A DNA stretch of 64,000 nt from TPA_inf: Saccharomyces. Taxonomy: Eukaryota. The first letter of the stretch is position 1. Every line of letters starts with the position of its first letter. The stretch is taken from assembly GCA_000146045.2 (NCBI GenBank), contig BK006942.2:256001-320000 (forward strand), written 5' to 3'. The notes below the pieces were generated by a model. That model had not been told where the DNA came from and searched no databases. It saw nothing but the letters and a program-made list of their open reading frames with translations. Both the position numbers and the translations under genes were made by a program. Shown here one piece after another: positions 44,409 through 53,385 of the stretch.

Positions 44409-44727
44409 TAAGATATGGGTGAATTTTGAGATAATTGTTGGGGGTTCCATTGTTGATAAAGGCTTATAATATTATGTATACGGAATATACTAGAAGTTCT
44501 CCTCGAGGATCTAGGAATCCTCATAATGGAATCTATATTTCTATATACTAATATTACGATTATTCCTCATTCCGTTTTATATGTTTCATTCTCCTATTAC
44601 ATTATCAATTTTTGTATTTCAGCTTCCTCTAACCTCGATGACAGCTTCTCATAATTTACGCCATCCTCTTACACCGCATGTGATGCTATTACTACTAAAT
44701 AGATAACATTAGAATTTCATTCCAACA
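44409..44727 (-). mobile_element. Solo delta LTR (Ty1/Ty2 family), near full length, inverted relative to the adjacent fragment
   Basis: The plus strand shows the revcomp of the delta 3' end (tAAGAtATGGGTGAATtTTGAGATAATTGTTGGG). It then shows the revcomp of the conserved core (ATATACTAGAAGTTCTCCTCGAGGATcTAGGAATCCTCAtAATGGAATCTATATTTCTAtATACTAATATTACGATTATTCCTCATTCCGTTTTATATGTTT). It ends in ...TTCCAACA, the revcomp of TGTTGGAA. It lies 108-500 bp upstream of the tRNA 5' end, the typical Ty1 target window. Confidence 0.8.
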
Positions 44728-44828
44728 GCTTTAGTCTGTTTTAATAAACGCAACAGCACCATAATGTTATTAATTTTAATAAAGCCAAATTATGGCCTGC
44801 TGATTTCTTTTCATTGGTAAAAGTTCTA

Positions 44829-45257
44829 TCACCCGTTCCCCATTAGTATGATAACCGATAAATAAACTCTATTACCTGGTTTCTTCGTTCCAGGAACGTT
44901 TATACCCTGACTACACATTTCTTTTGAAAAATAGGCCAATTGAACAATTAAGTTAGAAGCGGTTAGAAAAAGGTATAATAGGAAAAAATGCATCCAATTT
45001 TTACAGTTGAACCACTTGGGGGATTTTATTCTCGTATTGTAGCGGGAGCATTTTATCTTCGTACATCTTGGAAGCTGTAGATTAATCTTATTCCTATATG
45101 CTCCTTCAATCCACACAGCAAACCCCCAAATGGAAACGATCACTGAGTATGTTATAAACCAGCTTACGCTTATACTATTATCAAAATTCAAAAGATTGAA
45201 CGGGGAAAATGGTAGAAATGAATATTGAAGCATTTTCGCAATGAAAATTAACCGCAT
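44829..45257 (-). CDS. Small membrane protein of unknown function (142 aa), position of YIL029C
   Basis: ATG-initiated (cat at 45255-45257). It has 3-4 hydrophobic helices. The length and position match YIL029C, which has a paralog on chrXVI next to NOT5. Confidence 0.6.
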   Translation of the reverse strand: MRLIFIAKMLQYSFLPFSPFNLLNFDNSISVSWFITYSVIVSIWGFAVWIEGAYRNKINLQLPRCTKIKCSRYNTRIKSPKWFNCKNWMHFFLLYLFLTASNLIVQLAYFSKEMCSQGINVPGTKKPGNRVYLSVIILMGNG

Positions 45258-46099
45258 TGTTTTTATAGTAATTCTGATGGCTAACGGCGGTAATACAGCA
45301 TCCTTACGAAGAGCGGGAATAGTTCATTTGCCCTCTTTGATGGTTTGCATAACTGCGTTGTTGATTGTCTTAGGAATGGAAATATTTAACAAATATACCT
45401 ATAATGAAAAAAGGGTCCTTCTTTTTAATTATTATTGGCAGCGAAAAAGTTGTCCCAGCTTCTACTTTTTTTCCCGTTAAAAAAGGAAGCGGCGGAAGCT
45501 GATCTACTCTCTAATAATAGACTACTCACTCGCATCTTGGTAACGAGTCCCTTTAAGATCTTGGTACATAAAGTTTGCTGCAGCAAAAAGGGCTTATTTG
45601 CGCATTCATGATATTAAACAACACCCTGTTTAGCGTGTTAATGATCCTTGTTTTATGCCAGTATATTCTGTATACCTTATAATAGAGTCAACAGTTAAAT
45701 CCTAATCATTACCTCAGGACTTACCTATTTCTGAATATCATGGTCCACCATTCTACCTCAGTGAATTGATTGAACCGCACCATTGGAATTGTCATGGTGA
45801 GCCAGCGTGCTACAACTTCATGATTTTACGAGCTGAAAAAACACGCCCTTAGGCATAAAAACTCAATGGAAATCTGTAAAACAAAATAAATTTCGCTTTT
45901 TAACTTGGCCTAATGGGAATACTTTAACAATTGAACCTGTCACTAAATCAGAGGAAGTACATGCCTAATTACTCAAAGCTGTATTTAACTAATTTACCTA
46001 TACTATCGCCAGGCATTCAAGGATGAAGACATGCGTCAATGCAAATAGTGACGGCTGCTGCATTAAAGAGGTGCTGCGTGGTGTAGAAAAGGCAATAAC

Positions 46100-46498
46100 A
46101 TGGACGATGCAAGGTTATTCAGACGCGTTGTTTGTATGCCATTTCCAATGATAATGTTGGTTGCGTTATATAGAAATGTGTTAGGAAGAGATTCTACAGT
46201 TGATTGCAGCTTTGACGTTATACTTACACCTTGGATAATGGCCAGTATGTTTTCCAAACGTATGGTGAATTGGTCTAATCCACGTCAAGCTGTTTTAAAA
46301 GTATGCAGCGCAGCCGTGACCTCCCGGATAGTTGCCAATTGGTTGTTTACGATGAACATATTATATACCAGTGGTGAAAAGGGTTTTTACTCGCTAGCAA
46401 CAGCTGTGGTAATTAAAACGGTCACTGATGGGTTTACGGTGATACGGGTTTTCTCTATTCACCTGAACGAGTCAGTATATAGCAAGCCATTACCATAA
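46100..46498 (+). CDS. ATG-initiated 132-codon ORF, probably non-functional (position of dubious YIL028W)
   Basis: ATG at 46100. It has no recognisable domain. It is followed in another frame by a 140-codon ATG-less open frame. See findings. Confidence 0.2.
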   Translation: MDDARLFRRVVCMPFPMIMLVALYRNVLGRDSTVDCSFDVILTPWIMASMFSKRMVNWSNPRQAVLKVCSAAVTSRIVANWLFTMNILYTSGEKGFYSLATAVVIKTVTDGFTVIRVFSIHLNESVYSKPLP

Positions 46499-47678
46499 CA
46501 TTGGGTAACGTCGCACGCAACACAGCTGCGGGTGTGTGTGGTGATTGGTTAGTCAATTGGTCATTTGGGCTGGTAATAGGGCATGTTCCCCTTACAGCTT
46601 GTACTGTCTCATTGGGGTTTGCTCTTATTGCTGGAATAATAAATGGAAAGGTTAACGACGACACAAATGGTTTTCGACGACCAAAACAAATTAGCAAATG
46701 GCAACCTTTTGTATTAGGGCTAATTAATGTAAGCGATGTTACCATTTTGTCTATTTCTGGCGGTGGACTGGTAGCTTCTTCATGTGGAGGTGCAATAGGC
46801 TATGCTACTGTCATTAAAACTGTTGCTACCACAAATGCACGTTTCGCGATTACTGAGGTGATCAAGGAAATAGTTATTCGTTATTCATCACAATTAAATG
46901 CAGAAAAAGTTTGTGAAGAATAAAAAACTCGAGCCGGGTGGTAAATTGTTTTAGTACGGTTAGCATCGGTTTAGTACCTGTACCAATATGTGTCACTTTT
47001 GTTATTTCTGCAGGCGATAATACTTATAATAAACGCATACATGATATCATAACTGCCTTTATACGGCACCTTACAACTAGCATGGGCGTTCAAGTGGTGG
47101 AGAACTATTACCTGTTCCTGAAATAACAGAATGAATCATCAATAAGGGCTTGTCTGTACCTCAGGATGATTTGAACAAGTTCCACTTACGCTAACATGAG
47201 GATGAATATCGTACTTATACTATGTAAACTGGAATAGAAATATTCCGAACGGTTATCCATTAGAGTGTTAGCCCTCAAACCGAGACTCTCGATAATATTG
47301 AATAGAAGATTTTACCACTAAATTTAGTGTGTATTTATGTATCTTAATAACAAACTATCCAACGAAGACGCAAAAGATACTATCCGCCCCGTAATCCTTT
47401 TGAAACCACTCAAGCTTATGGTTCACGTTATAGAACACAGGAGACGCTTGCATTATTGGTGATTCTAATATAGCTTTCTATTCCTCTATGAAAGGCGTCT
47501 GTGTTGGTGTAAATAGAAGAGGTGCCTGGTCACCTGACGCCTTATTTTGTGCAGTTACGATGTTCGAGTAGATTCGCTATCGAATTTATGCTCAAAATCT
47601 AGCTAATCCTCTTATTAGATCTTGATATGTATATATGTATGAAATTATAAGTTCTAGCTCTAGTTTTCAGTATCTTAT

Positions 47679-48104
47679 TTATTTTTCTTTTTTTACAGTG
47701 TTAGAGGCCCATTCCCTGCAAATTTTTCTCTTCATATGAACGTCAACAAAGCTTGGAGTAAATATGATCTCACCATTAGGGTTACTTCCTATCAAGTTAT
47801 CCACGTTGGTGGCTTTATTTAATGCGATTTCTTTTAGATAGTTTCCTTGGGATATTATCTTCCCATCGTTACTCTCAATTGGTAAATATTGTAATTTCTC
47901 GAACGAAGTGAACACTGCAAGAACAAAGAGTATCAATCCTGCATACGTTTCATACATGATATCTTTAGGTAACTTGCTGATTGCACCTTGTGCATTATTA
48001 AGCGAGTTAAGTTTTAATAAGTGATGAAACTCATAGCTTGAGAAACCAGAATGAAATAACACCAATGCAGAGACTGTATAGAGAAGCTTGGAAACAAACG
48101 ACAT
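47679..48104 (-). CDS. EMC5: ER membrane protein complex subunit Emc5/Kre27 (141 aa)
   Basis: ATG (cat at 48102-48104). MSFVSKLLYTVSALVLFHSGFSSYEFHHLL... has two TM helices. The 141-aa length fits YIL027C. Confidence 0.88.
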   Translation of the reverse strand: MSFVSKLLYTVSALVLFHSGFSSYEFHHLLKLNSLNNAQGAISKLPKDIMYETYAGLILFVLAVFTSFEKLQYLPIESNDGKIISQGNYLKEIALNKATNVDNLIGSNPNGEIIFTPSFVDVHMKRKICREWASNTVKKEK

Positions 48105-48476
48105 CTCTTGATAATTGCTTTTTTGTATCTCGGTAGGGCTTAATTACGATCGCTTTTTAGATGCTACAATTAACATGCATAACAACTATCTGAGTTGACT
48201 TTATTTTATATTCAAAAGTAGATTTTTCTGCGCTGCGTTTACATCGCGAGTTTTCGAAGAAGCAAAGGGCGCTTTGATGACGATTGAATGGGCTTGGAAA
48301 ATACATAGCCGAATATCATCCAGCGAGTATAGTCTAATGCGAAGGGATATTTGAAGTATTTATGATTAATCAAAAACTGCTAACGAAGCTATGTATGTTC
48401 AAAAGAAAGATGTGATATATATTATAGATCTTATTGTTTTACAAAAGAGCAATAAGTCTGACGTATATCTTTTCCC

Positions 48477-51400
48477 TTAATCTTGTGTGATTTCGTCGCT
48501 GTTGTCTATAGCATCTACCACGGTTGGGTGTTCCTCAATTGGTGCTAACTCTGAATTATTTTGCGAACTTTCTTCAATAGGTTCTAGATCGATTGTCATG
48601 GGAATATCTGGATCATTATTTTCAGTATTTGCATGGTCGGTTTCTCGTTCACTGTTGGGTTGTAAAGGCGCTTTTTCCCTCTGTGTTTGATTTGATTTTG
48701 CTTTCTGTATGTTCTTTTTATTAGGTTCTGGATTTTCCATTATGGTATCATCTACGATTTTTTTGAACAGCGGGCCAAGCTTTTCTTTGTTTAGTGCCAC
48801 ACGGGAAGCAAATCGTTCATCTAAAATATTCAGTTTCATTAGTCCCTTCAATTTAACTGTGAATAAAAGGAATTCAGTTTCAATATTCTCGAAAAACCCG
48901 GTTTCCGGCAAATCATTTAGGTTGGCGTCTTCATCTGCTACCCTTTCTAATTGGACGTCAACTTGCTTAGCGAAAAGACTCTCCAAATATAAAAATATTT
49001 TCAAAAGCACTTTGGAAGCATTATCGTGAAGGTAAAATGGAAATTGTTCACTCATACTATATCTCCATGTTGTAGCGTCTGCAGGCAATTTGAGCTCAAA
49101 TATTTTTATTGCAACGATTATATCCATTAATGAAGTGCAAGCTGACCATTTTAAGTAAAACAAGCTGTTTATGTTTTCAAATGTTTCGTTTGTAGCCGCC
49201 AATGAAATAACGAGTGTGTTTAGACGACCTATTATAGCGGCAATTGGTTTCCAAACTGATCTAAGATCTTTTGAAATAGAATTCTCGTAATCCCTTACTT
49301 TCTCTATTATTTCTCTCCATTTTTCCAGATTCCATGTGGCTAATAACACTAGCATTTTAAAGTTTATTTCTTGAGCGGTACTATCATCAAAATCTTGAAA
49401 CATTATAGGGATACGGGAAACAAAATTGTTCAAAAACAGTTGCAACAACTCTTCATCAACCTCGATTGGGTAATCCCTGCCAAGAATTGTCAGTTTATTG
49501 ATGTAGAGCTCGTACAAAGAACAAGTTAAATCTTTGTAGTCGTCCCTAGAATTATTTGGATCCATTTTTTCCTGTAGAAATTTTTTTAAATGAATTTTCA
49601 ATGTAGCTATCTGGTTTAAAAATTTTTCCTGCAGTTCCTTTTTTTCAAAATGATGGATATGGTGAATGAATTTAGCAAATATATCGTACTTCATGTCAAC
49701 TTTTGAATTCCCGATTGTAGAATCCATAAATGCTTTAATAGTTTTGTCGGTAATTTTTTTTAATTCAGTTTCATATCCAATAGATATCCAATCATCCAGA
49801 GAAAATGTGATAAAGCTCTCTAGGAGAGGACACAGAATATCAGCAGATTCGATGGATGCGGCATTCAACAAATCGTAGAATAAAGGCAAAACTATTTCCT
49901 TAACGCTGTCCTTAGTTTGGATTTTGGGGTTGTTGGCACCTGCACACAGACCGTGGAATACGTTCAGATATAAAATAGTGCTATTTCTGTCAATGGGAAA
50001 CAATGGAGTGATGTCCAATTCCTCATCGTCAACATCCTCGTCATCGCTGTTATTATTGGCCGAGTTTTGTAACTTTTGGATCAGTTCATTTGATTCAGTG
50101 TCAGAGATCAGCAGATTGCAAATAGTTTTCAAGTGAGTGGAAATGTAAGGAGACAAAAACTCTGCTGCTTGTGTTAGCATACGGATCTTTGTCCTTGAAT
50201 CAACTTCAGCGCAATCCTTCAAGTGATAAATTAAAGAGTCATTCAGAATCTTGATAAATATACCGACTTGAACAACGGGTCCAACTTCTAACCCGTCGAC
50301 TTCTTTGGGCAAGTCTTCATGCGTCTTGATGAATTCGTCAAATTTCTCTTTTATTACTCTTGCTAAGAATTTGGCCACCGTGGATAGAAATTTGGATCTT
50401 TTATTGAATGAGGATGTTTTAAATGGGTCGAACTCTTCATCGAACATTAAACTAGAAATGATAAGAATCTCAGAATCATCTAAATAGCCCAATGATGACG
50501 CCTCCGTTAGAACTTGGATACTATGGATCCTTACATCAAGATTAACGTCACGGATTGCCACTTCCAGGATCTTAGTTTTGAAGCGTTCAAATACTTGGCG
50601 TATAGCGGAATTATCAGTGGATTTACTGTTATGATTTTGGATTATTAAATGCGGTAAAATCTTCGTAACTTGTAATCTGACTGATACAGAGTTATCGCTC
50701 AGCAGCCAGCCAAAATATTTTAAAAATGTAACCTTGAGGAAATATTCGGGATAGTTTTTAATCCAGATGGATAGATGCAACATGGATTCTGAACGAATCA
50801 AATCAGACACGTCCTTATACCTATGCACAAAACATAGTTTGACGATGTTATCGATAATGCTATCAATAACGACTTTGCTGCCTTGAGTTTCGGCGATAGT
50901 GCTCTCTAGCTTTTCTAAAGTCTTGTTATTGGGCCTTTTTTTCTTCTCTTCTAGTGATAACTGCTTGGATAACTTCGCCAAATAATTCTTTTCTAAATTA
51001 ACAGCCTGTTGGGTCAAATAGTCCTGGAAAAGATATAGCGTTAGCGTAGAAATGTATCTGAAGCATCTGATTTTGCAAACTGAAAAAGAAGACAGCCAAG
51101 TCAACAAATCCAACACAAGATTACCAGTAACTATTTGGGTATCATCTTCGTCCGATTCCACGTATAGTAATTGTAAGTCATTTGCCACTTCCAACAATTT
51201 AGTCATGAATTCCGCGAAATTTTGATAAAGGGGACCCATTTTAAAGTTTTTTCTCTTTTTGTTTTCCTTGCTAATCAAGAGGTAAAATTCGTGCAGTTTC
51301 TGTCTTTGAAATAGCAACTGAATTTCACCAATCGTTTCGTTAGAAGATTCATTGCTGTGAACGTCGTGGTCTTCGACGCGAGCGACGGAGCCACAACAAT

Positions 51401-51929
51401 TCAATAGCAAATTGATAAATTCTTGTAAAAATTTATCTCTATTTTCAGAATAGGTTTCTAACCATTCTCGCAATAGTTCTTCAATAGAAACATCTTCTGA
51501 AGTGGATAATATATCAAACAATTCTGTAGGTTGGAAATCCTTCGCAATTTCTAAGTATTGATCCTGATCTTTTTTAGAGCGGTGATAAGCAGGCGCATGA
51601 GATACCGCCGACTTCTGGGCAGAAGTAGGTTTTTTCTTCTGCCTTTTACTACTGGTATTTGATGCTGATTTGGGCTTTCTCTTTCTAGACTTTCTCTTTG
51701 CCGTAGCGGTATCTACGTAGTCATCATCATCCTGGTCTTCATAGTCATCCTCACTACTACTTTCTTCACTTTCACCAGTATCTTGCTCTTCTTCTTCTTC
51801 ATGTTGCGTTTTGGCAGTGATCTTATCAGATTCTACGTGTTGTGCGCTGGTGTTTTGCTCGTCATCGTAATCTTCCTCAATAACTTGAGATTTAGTCCTT
51901 ATTCTAGTTGAGCGACGCACAGCAGTCAT
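48477..51929 (-). CDS. IRR1: Cohesin subunit Irr1/Scc3 (1150 aa)
   Basis: ATG (cat at 51927-51929). It has an acidic N-terminus, an SA/STAG-like HEAT-repeat protein body and an acidic/S-rich C-terminus. The exact 1150-aa length fits YIL026C. Confidence 0.92.
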   Translation of the reverse strand: MTAVRRSTRIRTKSQVIEEDYDDEQNTSAQHVESDKITAKTQHEEEEEQDTGESEESSSEDDYEDQDDDDYVDTATAKRKSRKRKPKSASNTSSKRQKKKPTSAQKSAVSHAPAYHRSKKDQDQYLEIAKDFQPTELFDILSTSEDVSIEELLREWLETYSENRDKFLQEFINLLLNCCGSVARVEDHDVHSNESSNETIGEIQLLFQRQKLHEFYLLISKENKKRKNFKMGPLYQNFAEFMTKLLEVANDLQLLYVESDEDDTQIVTGNLVLDLLTWLSSFSVCKIRCFRYISTLTLYLFQDYLTQQAVNLEKNYLAKLSKQLSLEEKKKRPNNKTLEKLESTIAETQGSKVVIDSIIDNIVKLCFVHRYKDVSDLIRSESMLHLSIWIKNYPEYFLKVTFLKYFGWLLSDNSVSVRLQVTKILPHLIIQNHNSKSTDNSAIRQVFERFKTKILEVAIRDVNLDVRIHSIQVLTEASSLGYLDDSEILIISSLMFDEEFDPFKTSSFNKRSKFLSTVAKFLARVIKEKFDEFIKTHEDLPKEVDGLEVGPVVQVGIFIKILNDSLIYHLKDCAEVDSRTKIRMLTQAAEFLSPYISTHLKTICNLLISDTESNELIQKLQNSANNNSDDEDVDDEELDITPLFPIDRNSTILYLNVFHGLCAGANNPKIQTKDSVKEIVLPLFYDLLNAASIESADILCPLLESFITFSLDDWISIGYETELKKITDKTIKAFMDSTIGNSKVDMKYDIFAKFIHHIHHFEKKELQEKFLNQIATLKIHLKKFLQEKMDPNNSRDDYKDLTCSLYELYINKLTILGRDYPIEVDEELLQLFLNNFVSRIPIMFQDFDDSTAQEINFKMLVLLATWNLEKWREIIEKVRDYENSISKDLRSVWKPIAAIIGRLNTLVISLAATNETFENINSLFYLKWSACTSLMDIIVAIKIFELKLPADATTWRYSMSEQFPFYLHDNASKVLLKIFLYLESLFAKQVDVQLERVADEDANLNDLPETGFFENIETEFLLFTVKLKGLMKLNILDERFASRVALNKEKLGPLFKKIVDDTIMENPEPNKKNIQKAKSNQTQREKAPLQPNSERETDHANTENNDPDIPMTIDLEPIEESSQNNSELAPIEEHPTVVDAIDNSDEITQD

Positions 51930-52200
51930 GTTACCTTCGTCCGAGCTCTTGTTCTCAGGTCAATCGCCTTTCTTTATTATTTTTGTTTACTTGAAGCTTT
52001 GTTCTCTTTAATCAATATAGAGGAAAGGAAACAAAAGAATCATCTTATCTTACGCGTCACGCGTCGCGTTGCCGTCAGAGATGAGAGTAATAGAATAAGT
52101 TCTAGGCAGGATAAGTACGAGCTTTACTTCATGCTGTGCTGGATAAAGCACAACTATCTAACTTGTGTGCTAATCGTCTAGCTGACCTTAATTTACTCTC

Positions 52201-52575
52201 CTATCGGTAGCAGGCTGCTTTTTTTTTCGTTACGAAACTTTGCTTTGATGAGGATAGACAATAAATGCTTAAAAACAGAGCTTCGTAGGATGAGTCGATT
52301 AGACGTTTAGTTGCTTGCAATGTACCAATACGCAAACCCCTTCCTTTTCCTTTTTTAAATTGATCTTCCTCTTTTACATAAGCAGTAATAATGCCAGATC
52401 TTTTGCCGTTGTCTGTTGGAGCCTGTGTACCTCGGCGGCTAACAGCGATGATTATTCCACGAAATGAGATGCTCACCTTGTGATATAAGTGAAAAGGAAT
52501 AAATCTATTAAAAATATGTATATCTAAACCATAGCTAGATAGAAAAGAGAAAATTGAAATATATATATTTGTCAT
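52201..52575 (-). CDS. Short ORF (124 aa from the first ATG), likely non-coding (position of dubious YIL025C)
   Basis: It contains an internal ATG (MTNIYISIF...). There is no domain and it is AT-rich. It lies immediately downstream of YIL024C. Confidence 0.12.
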   Translation of the reverse strand: MTNIYISIFSFLSSYGLDIHIFNRFIPFHLYHKVSISFRGIIIAVSRRGTQAPTDNGKRSGIITAYVKEEDQFKKGKGRGLRIGTLQATKRLIDSSYEALFLSIYCLSSSKQSFVTKKKAACYR

Positions 52576-52601
52576 AAAAGAAACATGTTTGAAAAAGTTG
52601 T

Positions 52602-53171
52602 CTATTTGTTCCAGTACGTCTTGACTTTCTTGGCAATGCACATTAGCCCATTTAGAGACTCTTTCCTGCTATTGAACGCCTGATGGAAATCACACTGGAT
52701 GGTTGCATCCATGTTTTCGTCCTCCATATCAGAATTCCAGCACACTATCTCCTCTGTGCTGCTTAGGTCACTATGTGACGACAAGTTGACATAATCATTT
52801 AAAGAGTCGTCTTCCGGTTTCCCTTTTGCGGTGTTGGACCGTGTATGTGGTGATAGAGGTATATCCATGAGTTGACTGGCCTCATTGTCCTTAAAGTGGA
52901 GAATATTGTTGGTGTAACCTGACTTGTCTGTGACAGTGTCGAAGTAGTTGAGAGTGACCCATTTTTTGTCGTTTATCACCACTTTGAACATGGTGCTACG
53001 TTGGCCCTTTCTTCTGGGAATTTGCACCCTGTAGTTCTGTGTGCTGCCGTCATACTGCAGAACATAATCGGAATGTCTCCAGTTATCGAATTCTCCTGTA
53101 ACAACTAGTTTATCTGCCTTGGAGCAGCCCTTGATCACGTCTTCAGGGATCACAAGTAAAAAATTGGACAT
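52602..53171 (-). CDS. Protein with an AMPK-beta-like glycogen-binding (CBM48-type) domain, 189 aa, YIL024C
   Basis: The first ATG gives MSNFLLVIPEDVIKGCSKADKLVVTGEFDNWRHSDYVLQYDGSTQNYRVQIPRR... This resembles the AMPK1 carbohydrate-binding module fold. The track start is 12 codons upstream and non-ATG. Confidence 0.75.
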   Translation of the reverse strand: MSNFLLVIPEDVIKGCSKADKLVVTGEFDNWRHSDYVLQYDGSTQNYRVQIPRRKGQRSTMFKVVINDKKWVTLNYFDTVTDKSGYTNNILHFKDNEASQLMDIPLSPHTRSNTAKGKPEDDSLNDYVNLSSHSDLSSTEEIVCWNSDMEDENMDATIQCDFHQAFNSRKESLNGLMCIAKKVKTYWNK

Positions 53172-53385
53172 CTTTAAAACAGTTGTGCACGCCTTTAAAC
53201 CGATCAATACTGTTCTTGTTTGTGTTTCTTTTTTGTATTAGGTCAGAGATAAATGTTTGATCTGATCTGATTATCGCCTGTTTTTGCCTTAATTGAAATC
53301 CGGGGAAGCGTCGGTACCATATAAGGCAACAAGGATATTTACTATAAAGGTACGTATATTGCACGCCAAGTAATACAAAGCTGAA

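Noticed and set aside
46501-46923. 140-codon ORF called as a CDS
   Set aside because: It contains no ATG at all (the called start is TTG). It is kept only as a possible pseudogene fragment in the findings, not as a gene.
47240-47270. CCGAA core resembling centromere element CDEIII (aaatattccgaacgg)
   Set aside because: The flanks do not match the CDEIII consensus (TGTATTTGATTTCCGAAAGTTAAAAA). There is no upstream CDEI plus an 80-bp AT-rich CDEII at the correct spacing. The Cbf1 site at 12473 likewise lacks a CDEIII partner.
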